In this document: positions 9,065 to 16,371 of the stretch, one piece after another
Layout: every line of letters starts with the position of its first letter
How positions within the stretch are numbered: position 1 is the first letter of the stretch
From: a virus
Lineage: Duplodnaviria > Heunggongvirae > Uroviricota > Caudoviricetes
IMG/VR virus record: IMGVR_UViG_3300032007_000002
DNA: 64,000 nt
Reading direction: 5' to 3' (one strand)
Made by a program: the position numbers and the translations under genes
Notes under the pieces: model-generated
Told to the model about the DNA's origin: nothing
The model's database searches: none
Seen by the model: the letters and a program-made list of their open reading frames with translations, nothing else

Positions 9065-9153
9065 GGGTAGGTATGCAAGCTGGTTTGAAGCAGCCTGACT
9101 GTAAATCAGGTCCCTTTGGGTAAACATCACAGGTTCGAATCCTGTCCTGCCCA
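9065..9153 (+). tRNA. tRNA-Tyr(GUA)
   Basis: CCTGA-CTGTAAA-TCAGG; long variable arm. Confidence 0.92.
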
Positions 9154-9164
9154 CTAGACATTTT

Positions 9165-9253
9165 GGAGACATGGCCGAGCTGGTTTAAGGCGCGGCGGTG
9201 CTAACGCCGTGGGGCCCTCAAAGCCCCCGCAGGTTCGAATCCTGCTGTCTCCT
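9165..9253 (+). tRNA. tRNA-Ser(GCU)
   Basis: CGGCG-GTGCTAA-CGCCG; long variable arm. Confidence 0.9.
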
Positions 9254-9284
9254 CTACGAATTTTCTTACTAACGGAGTATCCTC

Positions 9285-9410
9285 ATGGTACGCGACAACA
9301 TCACATTCTGGCTACTGCTCCTCACGGTCATTTCCCTGATCGTGCTTGGCTTGCTATTACCGGGCCATTGTTGTCATCAAGTTACCGGAGCTCCGATTCT
9401 CCTACAATAA
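9285..9410 (+). CDS. 41-aa single-pass membrane peptide inside the tRNA array
   Basis: GGAG RBS; MVRDNITFWLLLLTVISLIVLGLLLPGHCCHQVTGAPILLQ fills the gap between two tRNAs. Confidence 0.65.
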   Translation: MVRDNITFWLLLLTVISLIVLGLLLPGHCCHQVTGAPILLQ

Positions 9411-9426
9411 AAACATCGGCACTTAT

Positions 9427-9501
9427 GGTGCGCCGTAGCTCAACTGGTGGAGCCCTGCCCTGTGAAGGCAGCCGTTGCGGGTTCGAGTCCCGTCGGTCAC
9501 C
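9427..9501 (+). tRNA. tRNA-His(GUG)
   Basis: CTGCC-CTGTGAA-GGCAG; G-1:C73; bulged C in the 5' acceptor strand. Confidence 0.9.
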
Positions 9502-9507
9502 CTACGC

Positions 9508-9591
9508 CTCGTCGTGGCGGAACTGGTAGACGCGCAGGTTTGAGAGGCCTGTGCCCGAAAGGGCGTGTGGGTTCGAGTCCCACCGACGAGA
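9508..9591 (+). tRNA. tRNA-Leu(GAG)
   Basis: CAGGT-TTGAGAG-GCCTG; variable arm; A73. Confidence 0.92.
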
Positions 9592-9595
9592 TAAT

Positions 9596-9677
9596 CGGCT
9601 ATTGGCGGAATTGGCAGACGCGGACGATTTAAGATCGTCTGTCGCAAGACGTGTGGGTTCGATGCCCTCATGGCCGA
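9596..9677 (+). tRNA. tRNA-Leu(UAA)
   Basis: GACGA-TTTAAGA-TCGTC. Confidence 0.9.
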
Positions 9678-9682
9678 CTAAA

Positions 9683-9766
9683 CGGCAGGTGGCGTAATTG
9701 GTAGCCGCGCCGCACTCAGGATGCGGTGTCCGAAAGGGCGTGCGGGTTCGAGTCCCGCCCTGCCGA
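9683..9766 (+). tRNA. tRNA-Leu(CAG)
   Basis: CCGCA-CTCAGGA-TGCGG. Confidence 0.92.
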
Positions 9767-9774
9767 CTAAATTT

Positions 9775-9845
9775 TGGGCCGTGGTGTAATGGTAGCACTA
9801 GGGGCTTTGAACCCCTCGGATGACGTTCGAGCCGTCACCGCCCAA
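9775..9845 (+). tRNA. tRNA-Gln(UUG)
   Basis: AGGGG-CTTTGAA-CCCCT; U1-A72. Confidence 0.88.
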
Positions 9846-9848
9846 TAC

Positions 9849-9930
9849 CCCTTCGTGGCGGAACTGGTAGACGCGCTCGGTTCAAACCCTTGTGCTGAAA
9901 GGCGTGGGAGTTCGACTCTCCCCGAAGGGA
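9849..9930 (+). tRNA. tRNA-Leu(CAA) with disrupted anticodon stem
   Basis: Leu-type body; CTCGG-TTCAAAC-CCTTG has two stem mismatches. Confidence 0.75.
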
Positions 9931-9940
9931 CTACATCTAT

Positions 9941-10014
9941 GCACTCGTAGCCAAGTTGGTCAAGGCAGGGGCCTGCAAAGCCCCCATGCGAAGGTTCGAG
10001 CCCTTCCGAGTGCT
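9941..10014 (+). tRNA. tRNA-Cys(GCA)
   Basis: GGGGC-CTGCAAA-GCCCC; U73. Confidence 0.92.
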
Positions 10015-10392
10015 CTACATTACCTTAGTGGGATCAAGACCGTTGATGTATTCGACGGTCTTTTTCAACGGCTTGTCATAGAGCGACACGATCATGTCGA
10101 AGTCCGTCACGCTGCCGTAATGGCCGTAGAAAGCGCCGACCAGCTTCGAGACGACAAGGTCGCCCTGGATGCTGGGGGGCACCCCGAGCGCGGCCCGCAA
10201 CGCGTTGAAGCAGACCGTGCGCATGCGGTCACGGCAGAAACTGTTCATCTTCGCCGGGTTCATTTCCCCATAGAACATGAACGTTTCGGATATTATCTCA
10301 TGCGGGGTCTTCTGCGGCTCGGCATCGGTGCCGATCGGCGGGCTGGAAATCTCCCCGTGAAACCTGTCATAGCCGGTAATTTCCCAATCCAT
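10015..10392 (-). CDS. Hypothetical protein
   Basis: AGGAGG RBS; end of a minus-strand operon. Confidence 0.7.
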   Translation of the reverse strand: MDWEITGYDRFHGEISSPPIGTDAEPQKTPHEIISETFMFYGEMNPAKMNSFCRDRMRTVCFNALRAALGVPPSIQGDLVVSKLVGAFYGHYGSVTDFDMIVSLYDKPLKKTVEYINGLDPTKVM

Positions 10393-10393
10393 A

Positions 10394-10939
10394 CTAGAAC
10401 CTCCTGTAATCGGACACCCTGTAACGGCATCCCCTGAAATAATGTTCCATGAACTCGTTCGGATATAGATCCTTGTTACTTATCCCCCGATAGTCACGGG
10501 AAACCGCGCCGCGGGCCATTTCCTCGTTGGCGCGTTCGCTGCCATACCGGATGACCCTGATGATGCGTTCGATGATGTCATCGTCCGTATACTGCACGCC
10601 GCGGCATTTCGACAAGTATTTCGCTGCCTGCTCGATGCGGAAAAACTTTTCGTCCTCGTCCGTATCGTCAGTGGCCTCGATAATGTTCAATCCAAGCGCA
10701 TCATCCAGGTAACTCGCGACGCTCCGTTCGTCATAATAGCTATGCTCGTCGCCTTCGCCGTCGTAGCAATCGTAGTCCAGCCGGACCTGCAGCAAGAGGA
10801 CATGCGGATTGCGCGTGGCCAGCCGCTGCTGCCTCCTGGCCTTCTGGTTCTTTGCCTTTTCCTCGGCAACGAACTTCTGGAAGTCCGCAAGCGCCTCGGC
10901 GCCATACTTCTCGCTTATATATCGCTCGGAAAGCGTCAT
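10394..10939 (-). CDS. Hypothetical protein
   Basis: ATGA overlap with the upstream gene. Confidence 0.75.
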   Translation of the reverse strand: MTLSERYISEKYGAEALADFQKFVAEEKAKNQKARRQQRLATRNPHVLLLQVRLDYDCYDGEGDEHSYYDERSVASYLDDALGLNIIEATDDTDEDEKFFRIEQAAKYLSKCRGVQYTDDDIIERIIRVIRYGSERANEEMARGAVSRDYRGISNKDLYPNEFMEHYFRGCRYRVSDYRRF

Positions 10940-12840
10940 TTGTCACCCCCGAGAACCTTCTGGACATGCTCGGCGGTAATCAGTCGGATTACTTTAAAGA
11001 CATTGTTGAACTGGACGCTCGTCGGGCGACGGAGCGAAACGTCTTCCATGATGCGCTTGCCGAGTTCCGCGGAGATTTCCGATTTGAGGAGCATGGCCTT
11101 CGACTTGGAAATCTGAGTAAAGATGCTAATGTCGTCGATTGCCTTTTTGACCATCGCATGGAACGGGACCGGAAGCTGGAAACATGCCCCGGGCTCGACG
11201 GCTGCAGTGACCATGCCGACATTGAGACGGCACTTCGCCGTAAATGTGGCGGTGACATACTTCTCGTCAAGAACGGCAATGCGGCCATAGGTCTCCTCGG
11301 TCACATCCTTGCCGAGCATGTAAAGGATAATCTTGCGGGAATATAACGTGGCATACCCGAACAGGCACTTCTTGGCAAACTGGTCAAGCGGAAGCCTGGT
11401 CTTGGCATCTTTCAGCGTCTTCGTGTAGGTCTGCAATTCCGGCATGACGACAGACATTACCCTGCGCGGTTCGATTGCAAAGTCAAACTCTTCCTGGGTA
11501 AGCATCCCGTCATCCACATGCGGACGCAGCTTCGCGGCTACCATCCCGACGAGACATGCGGTAATACGTTCATTGGCGACCGGGAGGCCGGCCATGATGT
11601 CGTCATGGAGACCTTCGTCGGTGCAGGTGCGATATGCCGCCTGCAAGTCCGGGACGCCGGGCGCGGACTTTTCTGCATCGGCGATACTGCCGAACAGGAC
11701 ACCGAACACCTCGCGCCATGCGTAGAGCGTGAGCTTATTCAGGTCATGCGTGGCGAGTACGTCTTTTTTCGTTGCGAGTTTTCTCGCAAGGTTGCCGCAT
11801 GCGCAATAGACGATACCCTTGCGCAGGTCGCCGGACATCGAATAGCCCGGGTCGACATACTTGTCGAGCGCGTATTTCACGATAAGGTGCATCGTGTTGC
11901 CGAGGACCGGATCCACCGGGGCTTCGTCGGTAAGGGTTGCCAACATTCCGAACACCTTATCAACATTTTCCGTCAGGACCGGATGGGTAAGCATGTCGAT
12001 ATACTCGGTCTCCCCGCGGTCGATGATTGCGGCATTCACCACTCGGGTGACATAGCGGTCGGTAACTTCATACACATGGCGGATTTCGATGACGCGGTAG
12101 GTGGCCTTCAGCTGGGCGAGGGTAACACGCATCAGGCGGATGGTCGTGTTGATGAACATTTCCCGGTCCTTCTCGGTGGCGCGTGTAAATGCGTATACGC
12201 GGGCCACGCCGTCGGTAATCGCCATCATGAGATTGCCTTTAAGGTATTCCTCGACATTCTTCACCACGAGCTCGATTTCGCTCTCCATCCCGAGATGGAT
12301 GACTTCGCCCGCCCTCATCTTGATGGCCGGCCCGACAGCCTGGTTTTCGTCGCTCTGGGTGCTGACGACGAAATGCTTGCTCAGCCCGTTAAGCGCGGAC
12401 AGCCAAATCGGGAAGGACTGCTTGGTAATGAACGGAACCACGGACATTCCCGGGTTCGCTTCGGCGGCCCTTTCGCAGATCTGCTGGGCAAATTCATCGG
12501 CAAGGGTCTTGGCCGTGTCGTTCAGCCACAAACGGAACTTCCCGACACCGGCCTTGGCACGCTTTGCGCGTCTCGGGTCGATGCCGTTCTTCTGTAATGC
12601 GGCGATTTGTCGCTTTGACGTGAACCTGGTGAACTCGGGGCATGCCTTGCGCCCCGTAAAACGGTCAATCAGCTTGTGGGCGAACTGGTGGTCGCGGATG
12701 GAAAGGCGAACCAGATTCTCCTCGCAGTCCTTGCCACCGTCCCCGATCGGGATGATGTGGTGGAGGTTGGAATACAGTTCCGTTGTCGGATGAGCCTTTC
12801 TGTCGGCAACAAAGATGTCGTATATTCTCTTGTAGTCCAT
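10936..12840 (-). CDS. Protein with N-terminal HNH endonuclease domain and large uncharacterised C-terminus
   Basis: MDYKRIYD...LHHIIPIGDGGKDCEENLVRLSIRDHQFAHKL is a Mob-type HNH signature. Confidence 0.75.
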   Translation of the reverse strand: MDYKRIYDIFVADRKAHPTTELYSNLHHIIPIGDGGKDCEENLVRLSIRDHQFAHKLIDRFTGRKACPEFTRFTSKRQIAALQKNGIDPRRAKRAKAGVGKFRLWLNDTAKTLADEFAQQICERAAEANPGMSVVPFITKQSFPIWLSALNGLSKHFVVSTQSDENQAVGPAIKMRAGEVIHLGMESEIELVVKNVEEYLKGNLMMAITDGVARVYAFTRATEKDREMFINTTIRLMRVTLAQLKATYRVIEIRHVYEVTDRYVTRVVNAAIIDRGETEYIDMLTHPVLTENVDKVFGMLATLTDEAPVDPVLGNTMHLIVKYALDKYVDPGYSMSGDLRKGIVYCACGNLARKLATKKDVLATHDLNKLTLYAWREVFGVLFGSIADAEKSAPGVPDLQAAYRTCTDEGLHDDIMAGLPVANERITACLVGMVAAKLRPHVDDGMLTQEEFDFAIEPRRVMSVVMPELQTYTKTLKDAKTRLPLDQFAKKCLFGYATLYSRKIILYMLGKDVTEETYGRIAVLDEKYVTATFTAKCRLNVGMVTAAVEPGACFQLPVPFHAMVKKAIDDISIFTQISKSKAMLLKSEISAELGKRIMEDVSLRRPTSVQFNNVFKVIRLITAEHVQKVLGGDK

Positions 12841-12910
12841 AAATACCTATAAAAATAATGTGCGACTATCTGCCGCACATTGAAATATAGCAAAACCGTA
12901 TCTGGCCGTG

Positions 12911-13519
12911 TTATTTCTTGGTCTGGAAGGCGTCCCGGCTTTCTGGCGTGGCACTGCCGTATGGGAACTTCGTCTTCTTTGGCTCGATACTGTATTCCCA
13001 GGGAATCTTGCCGCTGAATGCCTTGGACATGACTTCGGCATACTCCTTAAACTCCGCGAACGCTTCCGGGGCGTCGATCGTTGCCAGGTAGGAGCGGAAA
13101 TACAGTTCCTTCCCACGAATAGATACATCCCTCCCGACAGCCAAACGGGCACGCGTCACTCCTCGGTTACCCAGTGCAGAAAACGTCACCGCAGTCAGTG
13201 TATGGAGATATACACCGCCGTCTGGCGCCTTCTCCACGTGATACACATAACTGTGTATCGGGTGACCGGGTTTAATATACCGGGTGATGGTGCGATGTTC
13301 CAGGTCCCGTGCCACGCGCGTGAACTTCTTGAAATCGGAACCGGCACGGGCCTTGTCATCGGCTTCGCGGGCTACCTGGTTGAGACTGTTCGTCGCCTCG
13401 ATGATTTCCTGGTCCGTTTTGGGGTCCAGCTGTTGAAGACGGCGGAACTCGTCCAGCACGGCCGGTGTAAGACCGGAAACCTTGTCCGGCTTGTTCTTGG
13501 TGGGATATTTCTTGCTCAT
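12911..13519 (-). CDS. Hypothetical protein (probably leaderless)
   Basis: ATG 5 nt after TGCTATATTT. Confidence 0.7.
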   Translation of the reverse strand: MSKKYPTKNKPDKVSGLTPAVLDEFRRLQQLDPKTDQEIIEATNSLNQVAREADDKARAGSDFKKFTRVARDLEHRTITRYIKPGHPIHSYVYHVEKAPDGGVYLHTLTAVTFSALGNRGVTRARLAVGRDVSIRGKELYFRSYLATIDAPEAFAEFKEYAEVMSKAFSGKIPWEYSIEPKKTKFPYGSATPESRDAFQTKK

Positions 13520-13583
13520 GTCTAAAATATAGCAAAACCCGGCAGTCGCCTGCCGGGCCGTAGCATGAAGAAATCCTTGCGGA

Positions 13584-14135
13584 CTATGCTTCTTCGGGTT
13601 CCACTTCCGAAATTTCGGTATAGACAATCGGATTGCTGTCGCGCTTCCAGAACTCGAACTTCATCGGTACGAGGAGTTTCTTGCCGGTCTGCGGATTGGT
13701 TTCCTTGAAGTTGAGGTAGTGGCGGACCTTGCTGTCTTCCACGCCGTCTTCATTCTTCAAGAGTTCCATCGTGGCGTCAACGGTATCTTCCACGCCATCG
13801 CCGACATCCTTGACTGTGTGGCGGAAGCTCACGCTGCGGAGCTGTGCACTGAACGTAGCGACAGTTTCGAGCTCGGTACCGAACGTGACGTCAAGGTAAA
13901 TCTGGTAGTCTTCGAGCGGGAGCTTGACAGGCTTGTACTGGCAACGGGATGTCACCATCGAGAAGGCATCCTCGACGCCGAACTTGTTTTCAAGCACCTT
14001 GGCAAGTTCCTTCGCGTCGCTGGAACTGTTTACCTTGAAGTTGAACTTCGTGAGGGTAGTGTCCTTGATGGACACGCCGCTGCTGGACTTGAGCGTAACG
14101 ATCAACGCAGCGAGGGATTTTTCTGTTTCTTCCAT
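13584..14135 (-). CDS. Hypothetical protein
   Basis: AAGGA RBS; codon bias. Confidence 0.75.
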   Translation of the reverse strand: MEETEKSLAALIVTLKSSSGVSIKDTTLTKFNFKVNSSSDAKELAKVLENKFGVEDAFSMVTSRCQYKPVKLPLEDYQIYLDVTFGTELETVATFSAQLRSVSFRHTVKDVGDGVEDTVDATMELLKNEDGVEDSKVRHYLNFKETNPQTGKKLLVPMKFEFWKRDSNPIVYTEISEVEPEEA

Positions 14136-14161
14136 GATTTGGTCCTTTTGTTAATGAAAAT

Positions 14162-14614
14162 TTACGAATTGGGTAACTTGATTGCGTTCCTGGGCTCGAA
14201 CGAAACGTAGCACAGGCAGTAGTTCCTGATTACGCCATTCTCGCCAAGCGGCTCGCGTGTATAGCCGACGGGAAAGAAATAGAGGCCGCGGATGCCGTGT
14301 GTGTCCAGCGCGGCCTTGAAGCGCTTCCCATACTTGGTGGTGCGTATCTCGAACGTGACCCACAGGACACCATCTTCGAGACGACAGGACACCGCATCGG
14401 CCATGATGCGTTCCTTCCAGACTTCGGTTTCGGAAATCCCCTCTACCTGCCGCGCAATCGGGTCGATTTCCTCCAACGCAAGCCCCTTGCCGGCGTTGAT
14501 GTCGTCGGCGATACGTCCCAGCGTTTCGAGGTCGTAGAAATGGCCGCCCTCGGTGGGCTTGCTGTTGAACAAGACAATCTCGAAACTTTCCTTCGGTTTC
14601 TTGGCCCTCGGCAT
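14162..14614 (-). CDS. Hypothetical protein
   Basis: Directly follows the rtcB stop codon. Confidence 0.7.
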   Translation of the reverse strand: MPRAKKPKESFEIVLFNSKPTEGGHFYDLETLGRIADDINAGKGLALEEIDPIARQVEGISETEVWKERIMADAVSCRLEDGVLWVTFEIRTTKYGKRFKAALDTHGIRGLYFFPVGYTREPLGENGVIRNYCLCYVSFEPRNAIKLPNS

Positions 14615-15820
14615 TTATCCCTCCGACGCCTTGAAGTTGTAGATCGGGCGGATGCGCTCGACGATGTCGGCGGTCGGCTCGATGTTGCGCATAATTTCAT
14701 CGAACGGCTTGTAGGCCATCGGGCTCTCGTCAATCGTCCCGGTCGAAACGCAGGTCGTGTAGATGCCTTCCATGGAAGCCTTGAAGTCTTCCATCCTGAG
14801 CGTCTCCTTGGCCTTGGAACGGGACATGAGACGGCCTGCACCGTGCGGGCCGGAACAGTTCCAGTCGGGGTTGCCCTTGCCGCGGACGATAAGGGAACCA
14901 TCACGCATGTTCATCGGAATTAGTGCAATCTCATCCTTCTGCAATGAGATTGCTCCCTTGCGCAAAATCCTATGTTCCAAGTCAACGTAATTGTGCATGG
15001 TACACCACTTATCCAGCACATACCTTGGCTTGATACCCAGGCCGTCAACCAGCACGTCCATCATTGCCTCGCGGTTCCAGATGGCAAACTCCTGCGCAAT
15101 CTTCATGTCATGTAGGTAGTCTTCCATGAGGGCGCCTTCGAGATAGGCGAGCTCGTTCGGGATTGCCGGACGGTCCGCGTTCATCTTCTGCAAGGTTTCC
15201 TCGATTTCGCGCTCGCGACCAGCCTTTTTCAGCTGCTTGATGGCATCCTGCATCGCCGCACGGTCGTTGCGGTGATACTTGATCGCGAGGTCCTGGTAAT
15301 AGCGGCATACCTCGATGCCGAGGTGCCGGGAACCGGAGTGGATGACGATGTAGTGGTTGCCTGCATCGTCTACGTTGATTTCGCCGAAGTGGTTGCCCCC
15401 GCCGAGTGTCCCGATGGACAGTTTCAGCTTGTCCACGTTCACCGGGGCAATCATGCTTTCGAGGTCAGCCTTGTCAGCATACTTGTGCTTGGACTTGCGG
15501 TGGTTCATACCGGACGGGATGTCACGGTGCCAAATCTTGTCCACCTGCTTCAGGTCGAACGCGAACGACTTGTCCACTTTGAGGACAAGCATAGAACACC
15601 CGATGTCCACCCCCACCAGGTTCGGGACCACCTTGTCGGTAATCCTTGCCGTGAGGCCGATAACGCAACCCACGCCCGCGTGGCAGTCGGGCATGATTGC
15701 GCAGTTGGAACCCGCCGCGAACGGCTGGTTCATCAAGTTCATTATCTGCTTAAGCGCGGCCTCCTCGACATTGTCGGTATAGACCTTCGCCGTGCAGTAT
15801 TTTCCCGGAATTTCTATCAT
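14615..15820 (-). CDS. rtcB: RtcB RNA 3'-phosphate/5'-OH ligase
   Basis: MPDCHAG, VGVDIGC, GTLGGGNHF, HSGSR, HNY, RKGA, HGAGR, DESPMAYK motifs. Confidence 0.96.
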   Translation of the reverse strand: MIEIPGKYCTAKVYTDNVEEAALKQIMNLMNQPFAAGSNCAIMPDCHAGVGCVIGLTARITDKVVPNLVGVDIGCSMLVLKVDKSFAFDLKQVDKIWHRDIPSGMNHRKSKHKYADKADLESMIAPVNVDKLKLSIGTLGGGNHFGEINVDDAGNHYIVIHSGSRHLGIEVCRYYQDLAIKYHRNDRAAMQDAIKQLKKAGREREIEETLQKMNADRPAIPNELAYLEGALMEDYLHDMKIAQEFAIWNREAMMDVLVDGLGIKPRYVLDKWCTMHNYVDLEHRILRKGAISLQKDEIALIPMNMRDGSLIVRGKGNPDWNCSGPHGAGRLMSRSKAKETLRMEDFKASMEGIYTTCVSTGTIDESPMAYKPFDEIMRNIEPTADIVERIRPIYNFKASEG

Positions 15821-15893
15821 AATGCAAGAAATATAGCAAAAAATCTGAAACGTGTTTTGTAAACTCTATACGATAGAGGTGAAAGGACCTAAC

Positions 15894-16322
15894 ATGTGCG
15901 AACCGTGCAGACATCATGCTATGCGAAGGGGATATGCGGACCCGTTCTCCCCGATTACCCGTCCGTGCATATCGTACCTCCACATGATCCCCAAGGGACC
16001 GCTGTTCATACCGATGCAGCCGAAGCCGAGTGGCCCGTGCCAACCCCGTGAACCGCAGGCGGGCCCGTGGGAATACGTGCCTTCCCATCTCTACCCCGAT
16101 TTTTGGAACCACCGCCCGGGAGACCCGGTGCCGTTCTGGTGGGGCCATGCCTGGGGTCCGTGGACACCGCATCCGTGGCCGACGGTCCCCTACTGGTGGC
16201 TCCCGAGGGGCTGGATGCCCGGTCCGCTGTGCGGGTGCATGCCGAGGCAGGCGCCCGTCCCTCCGCGTTGCTGCTGCGGACCTAAACCGCCGAGGCAGCC
16301 GCCACCGCCCCGCAGGAGATAA
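15894..16322 (+). CDS. Pro/Trp/Cys-rich late protein
   Basis: TAAACT motif at 15860, AAGGA RBS, terminator right after the stop. Confidence 0.6.
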   Translation: MCEPCRHHAMRRGYADPFSPITRPCISYLHMIPKGPLFIPMQPKPSGPCQPREPQAGPWEYVPSHLYPDFWNHRPGDPVPFWWGHAWGPWTPHPWPTVPYWWLPRGWMPGPLCGCMPRQAPVPPRCCCGPKPPRQPPPPRRR

Positions 16323-16326
16323 CAGA

Positions 16327-16352
16327 AACGCCACCCAGTTACGGGTGGCGTT
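16327..16352. terminator. Terminator hairpin between convergent genes
   Basis: AACGCCACCC-AGTTAC-GGGTGGCGTT. Confidence 0.7.
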
Positions 16353-16371
16353 CTGTTATGGCTACGTAATC

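Noticed and set aside
8150-9798. ORF-track ORFs overlapping the tRNA array
   Set aside because: Spurious translations of tRNA genes.
8969-9930. Possible selenocysteine or opal-suppressor tRNA (GGAAG start at 8969; TTCAAA loop near 9881)
   Set aside because: Seven-bp acceptor stems and loop register give UGA (Ser) and CAA (Leu), not UCA.
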